A stretch of DNA of 56,841 nucleotides from an uncultured Treponemataceae bacterium (GCA_964571545.1 CAZNCK010000001.1:8944-65784), one strand, 5' to 3'. Positions 45,474-54,450 are shown, counted from the first letter of the stretch. The notes: generated by a model from the sequence alone, not told the origin. Translations and numbers: made by a program.

Positions 45474-46653
45474 ATACTTCTGGCCAGAGGAGTTTGTGAT
45501 AGGAGATCTGGCAGCTGATGCGGTTTTAAGCGGATACGAAATCGACGTACTTACACTTCAGCCGTCCTATCCTAGGGGCAGGATGGTACGAGGGTATAGG
45601 AATCAGTTTTTCTCACAGCAAAATTGGAAAGGTGTCAATATTTTCCGATTGAAAACTATTCTCGGTTATCGGGAGAGTCTTTTTTATAAGTTGCTTAACT
45701 ATAGTTGGTTTGCTGTAGCCGCATCTATTGTAGCTTTCTGTTTACGAAAACGTTACGACCATGTTCTCATTTATCAGGTGGGACCGTTAACTATGGCGAT
45801 CCCTGGCATTGTTTACGGCAAGTCTCGTGGTGTACCGGTGGCAGTTTGGACACAGGATGTATGGCCTGATTCTGTTTATGCCTACGGTTTCAAGCGGACA
45901 GGTGTTCTTTCCCGCAGTCTCGATTTTTTTGTGCGCTGGGTTTACGCTTCTGTAGATACCATCTTCATTTCTTGCAAGGGTTTTGAACGGATACTTAAAG
46001 TATATACAAACAAGCCGATGTATTACGCTCCTAACTGGCCGCTCACAGTCTATGAACACGGAATGAAGAACGCAAGGTTGGCAGAGAAGCCGGTTTTTTT
46101 ATTTGCGGGAAACATCGGAAAGGTGCAGAATCTCGATAATGTCATCCGAGGATTTGCCATTGCCTGCTCGCGAGAAAACTTCAAAGGCAAGCTTCGCATC
46201 GTGGGAGACGGCTCAGCTCTAGTTGAGCTTAAGCAACTCGCAGATACCTGTTGCAGGACTGTTGAATTTGTTGGAAGAAAACCGTCGAGTATTATGGCTG
46301 AGGAGTATCGACGTGCGAGTTTCCTGATTCTGTCTCTCGCCGACAAACCGGTATTTAGGCTTACAGTACCTTCAAAATTCCAGATGTACGTGTCCGTCGG
46401 GAAGCCGATCCTCTGCGCAGCAGAAGGCGAGGTACGGGCTCTTGTACGAGAATTTGATCTAGGTGTCGATGCAGATTCTGATTCGCCCGAATCCATCGCA
46501 GAGGCCTTTTTACGGTTGTCGACAGCTACAGAAAAAGAAATAGACTCTTGGGGAAATAATGCGGCACGGGCTTTCTCCGGGGCTTTTGACCGCAAACTGA
46601 TAGTTAGCGGCATCTTAGCAACCATTGCACAATCGCGTCAGAACAAAACCTAA
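45448..46653 (+). CDS. GT4 glycosyltransferase (WbuB-like)
   Basis: MKKILLITEYFWPEEFVIGDLA is a WbuB-type N-terminus. Position directly after the 6-deoxy-hexosamine genes. Confidence 0.75.
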   Translation: MKKILLITEYFWPEEFVIGDLAADAVLSGYEIDVLTLQPSYPRGRMVRGYRNQFFSQQNWKGVNIFRLKTILGYRESLFYKLLNYSWFAVAASIVAFCLRKRYDHVLIYQVGPLTMAIPGIVYGKSRGVPVAVWTQDVWPDSVYAYGFKRTGVLSRSLDFFVRWVYASVDTIFISCKGFERILKVYTNKPMYYAPNWPLTVYEHGMKNARLAEKPVFLFAGNIGKVQNLDNVIRGFAIACSRENFKGKLRIVGDGSALVELKQLADTCCRTVEFVGRKPSSIMAEEYRRASFLILSLADKPVFRLTVPSKFQMYVSVGKPILCAAEGEVRALVREFDLGVDADSDSPESIAEAFLRLSTATEKEIDSWGNNAARAFSGAFDRKLIVSGILATIAQSRQNKT

Positions 46654-46758
46654 GGAGCATTGAACAAATGTCATTATCTGAAAAAATATCAGTCGCCACC
46701 GTGGCAGATGCTCTGACAGCTGTTTCCCAGGTCTGTTCGAAGCATTCCATCTCAACTG

Positions 46759-47007
46759 ATGTCGTTTTATATATTCTTCTTGCGATCATATTTGCTGGAT
46801 TCTCTTATTATTCACCCCACGTTCAAGCATGATGCATCGAGATATGTAATTCTGGCGTTTGGTATTATGAGCGTTTCATATGGAGGCGTTAAGATTGCCC
46901 ATTTATATTTCGGCGTCGATCCAGTCATAGCCAAAGCTTGTATAGATTCTTCCCTTTTTGTTGTTTCATTTTTTGTTCAGCGTTTGTCTGTCTTCAAACG
47001 CCGATGA
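46759..47007 (+). CDS. Small hydrophobic hypothetical protein (possibly part of a disrupted membrane-protein gene)
   Basis: 82-aa ORF with 2-3 hydrophobic segments. A 54-codon ORF (46668-46832) overlaps it in another frame. Confidence 0.25.
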   Translation: MSFYIFFLRSYLLDSLIIHPTFKHDASRYVILAFGIMSVSYGGVKIAHLYFGVDPVIAKACIDSSLFVVSFFVQRLSVFKRR

Positions 47008-47172
47008 AAATATTTGATCTAATCCAAAACTAAGACCTTAGCGAGGTTTCATGGGAATCCATTTCTTTGTGGCATAATTATAACTATTTTGACTACCACT
47101 TCAATAGTTTTGGTTAGGAAGCAGGCGTGATGATTCAAACGATTTTCTTAAAACTACAGGATGCTTCTTAAA

Positions 47173-48054
47173 ATGAAAACTATTCTTATATTTGGTGAAG
47201 CCAGTTATATCGGGCAATCCTTTTGTTACTATTTAAAAACAAATTTGGATTATACATTTTCATTTAAATCAAGTAAGACACTTGAATGGCAATCTGCCGA
47301 TTTCAGTAACTTAGACGTGATCCTCCACGTCGCCGGTCTCGCCCACGTCTCCACCGACCCATCCATGGAAAACCTCTACTACGAAGTAAACCGCGACCTA
47401 CCCATTGCCGTCGCCCGTAAAGCCAAAGCCGAAGGCGTTAAACATTTCGTTTTCTTGAGCAGCATGATTGTCTATGGTGATGACTTGCCTATCGGGCAAG
47501 AAAGTGTCATTACCGGGGCCACCCTTCCCGCACCCGCCAACTTCTACGGCAAGAGCAAGCTACAGGCTGAAGAAGGGCTTCTTGCTCTGCAGGATGATTC
47601 CTTTGCCGTCTCAATCATTAGGCTACCCATGGTGTATGGCGAAGGATGCAAAGGCAATTTTCCCAAGCTCGTGTCCTTGGCCCGGAAATTGCCCGTCTTT
47701 CCTGCCCTGGATAACCACCGTAGCATGATCTACATCGGCAACCTCTGCGCCTTCCTTAAAATGGTCATCGACACCAAAATGACTGGGATATTATTCCCGC
47801 AGAACACGGAATACGTCAGCACCCTGGACATCGTACGGCATGCCGCCAGACTTTCCGGCCGCAAGATATTCTTTACTCGTATTTTTAATCCGCTTCTCAT
47901 CACCATCTCCCAAAAGGCTGGCGTCTTGCGCAAACTTTTCGGTTCAAAAGTCTATTCAAGGAGCTTGTCCCCGGACCTGGAGTCCTACAACGTTTATACT
48001 TTTGAGCAGTCGATGGAGCGATATATTGCCAGTACTATAAAAGACCAGCCTTGA
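47173..48054 (+). CDS. NAD-dependent epimerase/dehydratase family protein (Cap5N/Cap8N-like)
   Basis: MKTILIFGEASYIGQSF...VILHVAGLAHV...FVFLSSMIVYG...YGKSKLQAE is an SDR YxxxK pattern. Confidence 0.75.
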   Translation: MKTILIFGEASYIGQSFCYYLKTNLDYTFSFKSSKTLEWQSADFSNLDVILHVAGLAHVSTDPSMENLYYEVNRDLPIAVARKAKAEGVKHFVFLSSMIVYGDDLPIGQESVITGATLPAPANFYGKSKLQAEEGLLALQDDSFAVSIIRLPMVYGEGCKGNFPKLVSLARKLPVFPALDNHRSMIYIGNLCAFLKMVIDTKMTGILFPQNTEYVSTLDIVRHAARLSGRKIFFTRIFNPLLITISQKAGVLRKLFGSKVYSRSLSPDLESYNVYTFEQSMERYIASTIKDQP

Positions 48055-48108
48055 TCCCAATCTGAAATGGCAAACCGAATTGTCAATATATTTTTATAGC
48101 TGGAGCAT

Positions 48109-49302
48109 TTGATGGATTCCATACTTTCACTTATCGGCCGCAGTACCCCCCTTCTAGCTCAGGATCTCGCTACCAATTCCAGTATACTTGGAGATATCGT
48201 CTCTGCTTCCCGCTTCCTCGTCATCGGCGGCGCCGGATCCATCGGCCAGGCTGTAACCCGCGAGATATTCAAGCGCAATCCTCGCCTTCTCCATGTCGTC
48301 GATATATCAGAGAACAACACGGTGGAACTGGTGCGCGATCTGCGCAGTTCCATAGGCTATTCAGATGGCGAGTTTGCCACCTTCGCGATAGACGCGGGCA
48401 GCGACATCTTCGATGCCTTCATGGAACATGGCCCCGGGTACGACTATGTGCTCAACCTCTCGGCGCTCAAGCACGTGCGCAGCGAGAGGGACCCGTACAC
48501 GCTGATGCGCATGATCGATGTCAATGTATTCAACACTGATAAAACCATGCGGCAGGCCAAGTCCAAGGGAGCAAAGAAGTATTTCTGCGTGTCCACTGAC
48601 AAGGCCGCCAACCCCGTCAACATGATGGGGGCCAGCAAACGCATCATGGAGATGTTCCTGATGCGCCGCAGCCTTGAAATGCCCGTTTCCACCGCCCGCT
48701 TTGCCAACGTGGCCTTCTCAGACGGCAGCCTCCTCTATGGCTTCAACCGCCGCATGGAGAAGGACCAACCGCTCGCCGCGCCTAACGACGTGCGCCGCTA
48801 CTTCGTTACCCCCCAGGAATCAGGTGAACTGTGCCTCTGCTCCTGCCTCCTGGGCGACAACAGGGATGTCTTCTTTCCCAAGCTCGACCAGGGCCTGAAC
48901 CTCATCACCTTCAGCCAGATAGCGGAACGCTACCTGGAACGCGCGGGCTACGAATCCGTCCACTGCGCCAGCGAGGACGAGGCCCGCGCCCGCGTGGCCG
49001 AACTCAAGCCCCAGCGCAAGTGGCCCGTATACTTCTTCAGTAGCGACACCACCGGAGAGAAGGACTTTGAGGAGTTCTACACAGACAACGAGACCCTGGA
49101 TATGGCCCGCTTCAAGAACCTCGGCATAATCAAGAACCAACCGGATTACGACGAGGCCAAGCTGGCCCATTTTGAGTCACGCATCAAAGAGCTGCGCGCC
49201 CGGGGCACCTGGAGCCGCACCGACCTCATAGACCTCTTCAACACCATGATTCCCGAGTTTAACCACAAGGAAACAGGCAAGTTTCTGGACGGAAGGATGT
49301 AG
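48109..49302 (+). CDS. CapD/PglF/WbpM-family NDP-sugar 4,6-dehydratase (soluble form), full-length copy
   Basis: RFLVIGGAGSIGQAVTREI...LHVVDISENN...LSALKHVRSE...FCVSTDKAANPVNMMGASKRIME...ARFANVAFSDGS. 397 aa. Confidence 0.88.
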   Translation: MMDSILSLIGRSTPLLAQDLATNSSILGDIVSASRFLVIGGAGSIGQAVTREIFKRNPRLLHVVDISENNTVELVRDLRSSIGYSDGEFATFAIDAGSDIFDAFMEHGPGYDYVLNLSALKHVRSERDPYTLMRMIDVNVFNTDKTMRQAKSKGAKKYFCVSTDKAANPVNMMGASKRIMEMFLMRRSLEMPVSTARFANVAFSDGSLLYGFNRRMEKDQPLAAPNDVRRYFVTPQESGELCLCSCLLGDNRDVFFPKLDQGLNLITFSQIAERYLERAGYESVHCASEDEARARVAELKPQRKWPVYFFSSDTTGEKDFEEFYTDNETLDMARFKNLGIIKNQPDYDEAKLAHFESRIKELRARGTWSRTDLIDLFNTMIPEFNHKETGKFLDGRM

Positions 49303-49368
49303 CGACTTAACACTACTTTCACGGAAATCCAAGTTGTAAGAGCAGATAATCTGTAGTATTGTTGGTTT

Positions 49369-50097
49369 ATGAGCAATTCTCTGCCAGTTTCTATAAGCCC
49401 GTGTCCTATTCAGGAAGCTGTCGTTGAAATCAGATTTTCTACAGCCATACCTCCAGATGCGGTTTTTGGAATTTTGTACGCAAAAGTAAAACAGAAATTT
49501 AACACAACAAATGCCCTGCCTATTCTACAGATTCCAGAGGCTATACGCTCCCAGGACCCAAATCTGACGTATCAACCTCATTATATGCTGAGCAATGGCA
49601 ATCTCAACCTGAAAATTGGCCCGAAAGTTCTTGGATTCAGCTGTGTAGCCCCGTATGTAGGATGGGAGCACTATTTTTCTTTTGTCAAAGAAATTATTGA
49701 AGCAACCAGGGATACTGGAGTAATGGAAAGGCCAGAACGGCTTGGTCTACGGTACATCAATTATTTCCCCATGCCGGTTCTCGATGTTCTTGACCTTGGC
49801 ATACAATTCGGGGCAATGCAGGTATCTCAAGAGCCAACCTATCTCCGTACTGAGTTCAAGCATGACGATTTTGATAAAATCGTAAGCATTACCAACAATA
49901 TGTCCATAACATTGCCTGGTAAAACCGAGCTTGGGTCACTACTTGACATAGACTGCGTGCATACGTTCTCTCAGGACGCTGGTAGTTTTTACACTACGCA
50001 TGATCATATCATCAACCAGGGCCACGAAATAGAGAAGCAAACTTTTTTTAAGATGCTTAAACCGGATTTTTTGGCAACACTGGATCCAAAATATTGA
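49369..50097 (+). CDS. Uncharacterised protein, TIGR04255-like
   Basis: N-terminal PIQEAVVEIRF and central RLGLRYINYF match my recollection of the TIGR04255 family pattern. 242 aa, AT-rich cassette. Confidence 0.55.
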   Translation: MSNSLPVSISPCPIQEAVVEIRFSTAIPPDAVFGILYAKVKQKFNTTNALPILQIPEAIRSQDPNLTYQPHYMLSNGNLNLKIGPKVLGFSCVAPYVGWEHYFSFVKEIIEATRDTGVMERPERLGLRYINYFPMPVLDVLDLGIQFGAMQVSQEPTYLRTEFKHDDFDKIVSITNNMSITLPGKTELGSLLDIDCVHTFSQDAGSFYTTHDHIINQGHEIEKQTFFKMLKPDFLATLDPKY

Positions 50098-50106
50098 GGT
50101 AAAACC

Positions 50107-50421
50107 ATGTATGAAACAAATTCAACCATCAAAATTAATTCTGTGATGGCGACAGCGAGTGCGGTTGCCATGACCCTTGCCGTCATGGGAAGTTTTCCTG
50201 CTCTGCCCCGGAGGGAGTATTGTTTGCCAAAAATTGAAGCGGTCTTGTCCAGAGATTTGGTACGAACATTGGAAACAATGAATATAGCCTGTGTTGTACA
50301 AACTCCTCAGGAAAAGATGGATGTAATTAGTAGATTCGTCGGGATCATGGTATCAGAATCCAGAGATCTTGAACCAGAAGTGAGGTCTATAGTCCAAAGC
50401 AACTTCTGGGATCTTATCTGA
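50107..50421 (+). CDS. Hypothetical small protein (hydrophobic N-terminal segment)
   Basis: 104 aa, starts 10 nt after the upstream gene stop. MATASAVAMTLAVMGSFPALP hydrophobic stretch. No recognisable motif. Confidence 0.45.
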   Translation: MYETNSTIKINSVMATASAVAMTLAVMGSFPALPRREYCLPKIEAVLSRDLVRTLETMNIACVVQTPQEKMDVISRFVGIMVSESRDLEPEVRSIVQSNFWDLI

Positions 50422-50423
50422 AA

Positions 50424-51041
50424 ATGTCGGAATTTGAAAATTTCTCGCTGTTTTTACCCAGATATCTGAGTCCAGATACAGAGAATACATTGTTGGCTGA
50501 CCTCAAAGACTTTCCCGGCAATATTGATAAGAGAATGTATGGTTTTTATGGCAAATCAGACACCGTAATCTATCAGGGAGATGGACTGAAAGGATTGCCC
50601 TATATCAACTTTCCGGAGCCAAGAATAGAGTCCTTGTCTTGTCTGGTACTCTCCAATACTTGCGATGTAGACCCCTCAAATCAGCGAAAATTCGGCTCCT
50701 CCATCGTATATTCACCTGTGATTGCACTGGAAAAATATGAGAAACTCCTATTAGATAAAGGAATATTTTCTTCAGTTGCTCTGCAGGCACACGTGGGCGC
50801 CATACGAAGACAGGAAATTACCCAGATATTTTATTTACCTTCTTACTCTACTGATCTACCAGAGTCGATAGTTTTTCTTGATCGTCTCTGTCATTGTGAT
50901 TCAACCTTCGTCCTTCGCGATGAATTATCCACCAGGCGGTTGTTTTCCTTGTCTCAATATGGATTGTACCTGTTTCTCTATAAACTTTCGATACACTTCA
51001 CCCGGTTCCATGAAAAAATCGACAGAACGTATAGACAATAA
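50424..51041 (+). CDS. Hypothetical protein (205 aa), third gene of the cassette
   Basis: Starts 3 nt after the previous stop. No recognisable catalytic motif. Conserved-looking block YQGDGLKGLPYINFPEP...LVLSNTCDVDP. Confidence 0.5.
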   Translation: MSEFENFSLFLPRYLSPDTENTLLADLKDFPGNIDKRMYGFYGKSDTVIYQGDGLKGLPYINFPEPRIESLSCLVLSNTCDVDPSNQRKFGSSIVYSPVIALEKYEKLLLDKGIFSSVALQAHVGAIRRQEITQIFYLPSYSTDLPESIVFLDRLCHCDSTFVLRDELSTRRLFSLSQYGLYLFLYKLSIHFTRFHEKIDRTYRQ

Positions 51042-51076
51042 CTGTCGAGAATTACCAGAAGAGGGTAACAATTTTT

Positions 51077-51125
51077 CGCGTGAGGGAGCGTAGAGCCCGC
51101 CCCGACCGCAGGTCGGGGCACGCCC
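51077..51125 (+). repeat. Structured repeat family, copy 2 (short form)
   Basis: CGCGTGAGGGAGCGTAGAGCCCG-CCCCGACC-GCA-GGTCGGGG-CACGCCC, with a perfect 8-bp stem. Confidence 0.75.
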
Positions 51126-51143
51126 ATTACTGAACAGTGTAAC

Positions 51144-51671
51144 GTCTTCAACACTGACGTGCGCCGCTACTTCGTTACCCCCCAGGAATCAGGTGAACTG
51201 TGCCTCTGCTCCTGCCTCCTGGGCGACAACAGGGATGTCTTCTTTCCCAAGCTCGACCAGGGCCTGAACCTCATCACCTTCAGCCAGATAGCGGAACGCT
51301 ACCTGGAACGCGCGGGCTACGAATCCGTCCACTGCGCCAGCGAGGACGAGGCCCGCGCCCGCGTGGCCGAACTCAAGCCCCAGCGCAAGTGGCCCGTATA
51401 CTTCTTCAGTAGCGACACCACCGGAGAGAAGGACTTTGAGGAGTTCTACACAGACAACGAGACCCTGGATATGGCCCGCTTCAAGAACCTCGGCATAATC
51501 AAGAACGAACCAGACTACGACCAGGCCAAGCTGGCCCATTTCGAGTCCCGTATCCGGCAGCTGCGCGCCCAGGGTACCTGGAGCCGCACCGACCTCATAG
51601 ACCTGTTCAACACCATGATCCCCGAGTTTAACCACAAGGAAACAGGCAAGTTTTTGGACGGGAGGATGTAG
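51144..51671 (+). pseudogene. CapD-like gene fragment R1 (C-terminal ~170 codons, 5'-truncated, internal deletion)
   Basis: ORF 51159-51671 is identical at the protein level to 48790-49128 of the full gene, then diverges (EPDYDQ...RIRQLRAQ versus QPDYDE...RIKELRAR). The junction GTCTTCAACACTGAC|GTGCGCCGC fuses two distant parts of the gene. Confidence 0.9.
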
Positions 51672-51813
51672 CAGGCCTATTCATCCGCTTATTCAGCAGA
51701 ATATGCGCTAAACTATTCCTGTCTTCCAGTTTTGCGTATATTTTATGTAGTTTAATGTCCATAAACTACGCGGTACATGGTTTGGTGGATGGAAACACTA
51801 CAAGGAGCTCATT

Positions 51814-52020
51814 ATGGTGGCAGTAGAATTTGAAGCCAATGTTGAAGGTGGGATGATAAAAATCCCTCGAAAATATACTCAACTCGAGAACAAACACATG
51901 AAGGTACTTCTATTCGAGACTGGTGCACACAACCAACCCTTGCCTGAATCTTTTTTTGAACCAATCATCATCTCTTCATACAGCCTGATTGCTACACGGG
52001 ATGAAATCTATGAACGGTGA
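51814..52020 (+). CDS. AbrB/SpoVT-like antitoxin (VapB-type)
   Basis: 68 aa, GGMIKIPRKY...ATRDEIYER*. The stop overlaps the PIN gene ATG. Confidence 0.6.
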   Translation: MVAVEFEANVEGGMIKIPRKYTQLENKHMKVLLFETGAHNQPLPESFFEPIIISSYSLIATRDEIYER

Positions 52021-52452
52021 TGTCTTTGTAGACACGAATATATTCCTGTATGCACTGACGATACCAGATTCTCCTCTTCTTCGGATCTTGAAAAGCATGA
52101 AAAAGCACAGGAATTCTTCAAGACTACAATTTTGGATGCTGAATCCCTTGTAACATCCGTCCAGATAATAAATGAAGTTCACTTCAACTTGATAAGGAAA
52201 TTTCATATTGGCGACCCAGTAGCCTTTGAATTGGTAAAGACGAGGATTGTCAGCAATTTTGAAGTACTCCCGGTCAGTATTTCCGCATGGTACAAATCGA
52301 TTGAGCTTCGTTCCAGATACAGCCTGTCATATTGGGATTCGATCATGGTTTCATCCGCTATTGAAAGAAGTTGTTCATTTCTGGTGACCGAAGACTTGCA
52401 GGATGGACTTGTCATAAACAAAGAGTTGCGCATATTAAACCCGCTTACCTGA
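52010..52452 (+). pseudogene. PIN-domain (VapC) toxin gene with an apparent frameshift
   Basis: N-terminus MNGDVFVDTNIFLYAL is in the frame of 52010 (stops at 52153). The rest (EKAQEFFKTTILDAESLVTSVQIINEV...YWDSIMVSSAIE...LVTEDLQDG) is in a different frame, open from 52021. The shift lies within ~52060-52100. Confidence 0.7.
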
Positions 52453-52465
52453 GTTGTATGCATTC

Positions 52466-52551
52466 CGCGTGAGGGATCGTAGCGTAAAGCCCGCAGCGCA
52501 GCGAGGACTTGAAGCGAAGAGCCCGACCCGACCGCAGGTCGGGGCACGCCC
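52466..52551 (+). repeat. Structured repeat family, copy 3 (long form)
   Basis: CGCGTGAGGGATCGTAGCGTAAAGCCCGCAGCGCAGCGAGGACTTGAAGCGAAGAGCCCGA-CCCGACC-GCA-GGTCGGG-GCACGCCC. Confidence 0.75.
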
Positions 52552-52562
52552 TAATCCGCCTA

Positions 52563-53046
52563 CGACTGCGTGTCTACTGACAAGGCCGCCAACCCCGTCA
52601 ACATGATGGGGGCCAGCAAACGCATCATGGAGATGTTCCTGATGCGCCGCAGCCTTGAAATGCCCGTTTCCACCGCCCGCTTTGCCAACGTGGCCTTCTC
52701 AGACGGCAGCCTCCTCTATGGCTTTAACCGCCGCATGGAGAAGGACCAACCGCTCGCCGCGCCTAATGACGTGCGCCGCTACTTCGTTACCCCCCAGGAA
52801 TCAGGCGAACTGTGCCTCTGCTCCTGCCTCCTGGGCAACAACCGTGACGTCTTCTTTCCCAAGCTCGGCATAACCAAGAACGAACCAGACTACGATCAGG
52901 CCAAGCTGGCCCATATCGAGTCCCGTATCCGGCAACTGCGCGCGCGCGGCACCTGGAGCCGCACCGACCTCATAGACCTGTTCAACACCATGATCCCTGA
53001 GTTTAACCACAGGGAAACCGGCAAGTTTTTGGATGGGAGGATGTGA
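52563..53046 (+). pseudogene. CapD-like gene fragment R2 (158 codons, 5'-truncated, in-frame internal deletion)
   Basis: STDKAANPVNMMGASKRIME...RDVFFPKL|GITKNEPDYDQ...GKFLDGRM. About 83 codons are missing relative to the full copy, at a CTCG microhomology. Confidence 0.9.
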
Positions 53047-53080
53047 TCATGGTAAGAAAGCACGATCCTGAAGAATTATT

Positions 53081-53404
53081 ATGAGCAAAATACTTATAGA
53101 TGTTCTTCGGTTAATTCAACTCAACGAGCTTAGAATTTCCGATCACGGATATGATGAGCTTGCTGAAGATGGTATTTTCGTAAAAGATATACTTGTATCC
53201 ATTGCGGATGCTATAGTTGTTGAGGAATACCCGGAGTACCCTAAAGGGCCGTGTGTACTTGTCCTGCAGAAGGTTAGAAATGGCGATTCAATCCACGCCG
53301 TATGGGGTATCCCTAAAGGAATGTCTTCACCGGCCGTTCTGATTACTGCGTATAGACCGGATCCATCGCGGTGGGAAGACGGTTTTATGAGGAGAAAGAA
53401 ATGA
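53081..53404 (+). CDS. DUF4258-like toxin
   Basis: ISDHGYDELAEDGIFVKDILVSIADAIVVEEYPEYPKGPCVLVL...IHAVWG fits the DUF4258 pattern. ATGA overlap with the next gene. Confidence 0.55.
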   Translation: MSKILIDVLRLIQLNELRISDHGYDELAEDGIFVKDILVSIADAIVVEEYPEYPKGPCVLVLQKVRNGDSIHAVWGIPKGMSSPAVLITAYRPDPSRWEDGFMRRKK

Positions 53405-53616
53405 ACACCAGGAACTTCACAAAGATGATCCATGAAGGTGATTTTGTAGCAGAAGTTGATGTTGCTTTGATCTATACGGAAGAAGGATGGGCTCCATACC
53501 TTTCATTACAGGATGCGTACAAACTCGATGATGTTCGAGAAGCACTGAGACAGGGCGACATAAAGGCTGCAACACAACTCTCTCGAGTATACACCTTGAC
53601 CAGAATTGCTGGTTAA
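53401..53616 (+). CDS. Putative cognate antitoxin (71 aa)
   Basis: Translationally coupled to the DUF4258-like gene. No motif recognised. Confidence 0.4.
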   Translation: MNTRNFTKMIHEGDFVAEVDVALIYTEEGWAPYLSLQDAYKLDDVREALRQGDIKAATQLSRVYTLTRIAG

Positions 53617-53621
53617 AGAAG

Positions 53622-53675
53622 ATCCCCGAGTTCAACTACAAGAAAACAGGAAAGTTTTTGGACGGGAGAATGTAG
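53622..53675 (+). repeat. CapD 3'-end remnant R3
   Basis: ATCCCCGAGTTCAACTACAAGAAAACAGGAAAGTTTTTGGACGGGAGAATGTAG (IPEFNYKKTGKFLDGRM*). Confidence 0.85.
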
Positions 53676-53782
53676 CAGGCCATATGCTTTACCAACTTTG
53701 TCAAGCTCATAGACAAACTAAATCATTGTGAATATAGTAATACTAACACCCTACTGAGTAGGGTGATGCTACTGGAGTATAT

Positions 53783-54121
53783 ATGAAACGTCTTTTCATT
53801 CAAACCAATGAGTTCCAAGCATGTTGGAAAGAACTTGGGATGACTGAAGACGATTTACGGCAATTTCAGGAACATCTTCTGGAGTGTCCAGAGGCTGGGC
53901 CTGTTATTCAGGGTACTGGCGGTGTTAGAAAAGTGCGGTGGGCACGCCAGGGGAAAGGAAAGTCAGGTGGTCTCCGTATTATTTATATTGACATCCGCAA
54001 TCGGGAGACGATCTGGCTAATTACAGCATTTGGCAAAAACGAACAAGATAGCTTGAGTTCTGCAGAGAAAAAACATATTAAGGAGTTTGTTAAATCCTTG
54101 TATGGTGAGGAGGAGCAATGA
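53783..54121 (+). CDS. RelE/HigB-type toxin (DUF1044-like)
   Basis: GTGGVRKVRWARQGKGKSGGLRIIYIDIRNRETIWLITAFGKNEQDSL is the typical toxin pattern. Toxin precedes antitoxin (HigBA order). Confidence 0.65.
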   Translation: MKRLFIQTNEFQACWKELGMTEDDLRQFQEHLLECPEAGPVIQGTGGVRKVRWARQGKGKSGGLRIIYIDIRNRETIWLITAFGKNEQDSLSSAEKKHIKEFVKSLYGEEEQ

Positions 54122-54435
54122 GTAAAGCGTATGCAAGTATCATGAAAGGGCTTGTAGAAATAAAAGCCCACAATGAGGGGAAACTGCAACTGAAGACTTC
54201 AACCCTGGAAATAAAACCCCCACCGAGATGTGACGATACTGTTGTCAAGAACCTTCGTGCGGATCTTAGGCTTTCACAATCGGCTTTTGCCACGGTTATG
54301 GGAGTTTCCAAAAAAACCGTGGAAGCATGGGAATCGGCTCGAAACGTACCCAGTGGTAGTTCCTGCCGCCTTATCGAGGTCATCAGCAAAGATACATCCA
54401 TACTGGAACGGGAAAACATAGTAATTTCGTCGTGA
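54118..54435 (+). CDS. XRE-family HTH antitoxin (HigA/MqsA-like)
   Basis: VKNLRADLRLSQSAFATVMGVSKKTVEAWESARNVPSGSSCRLI is an XRE HTH. 4-nt overlap with the toxin. Confidence 0.7.
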   Translation: MSKAYASIMKGLVEIKAHNEGKLQLKTSTLEIKPPPRCDDTVVKNLRADLRLSQSAFATVMGVSKKTVEAWESARNVPSGSSCRLIEVISKDTSILERENIVISS

Positions 54436-54450
54436 TATCGATCCAAGACC

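Noticed and set aside
46668-47007. Frameshifted GtrA-like membrane protein gene
   Set aside because: Two overlapping small hydrophobic ORFs end in a GtrA-like ...SFFVQRLSVFKRR. The N-terminal part lacks the family signature, and I cannot verify homology by eye. It is reported only as a low-confidence hypothetical ORF.
51159-53046. The CapD fragments R1 and R2 as functional small genes
   Set aside because: They have open frames, but they lack the Rossmann and catalytic N-terminal two thirds. They begin at arbitrary truncation points without an RBS, and one has a large internal deletion. They are treated as gene remnants, although a role as recombination donors is not excluded.
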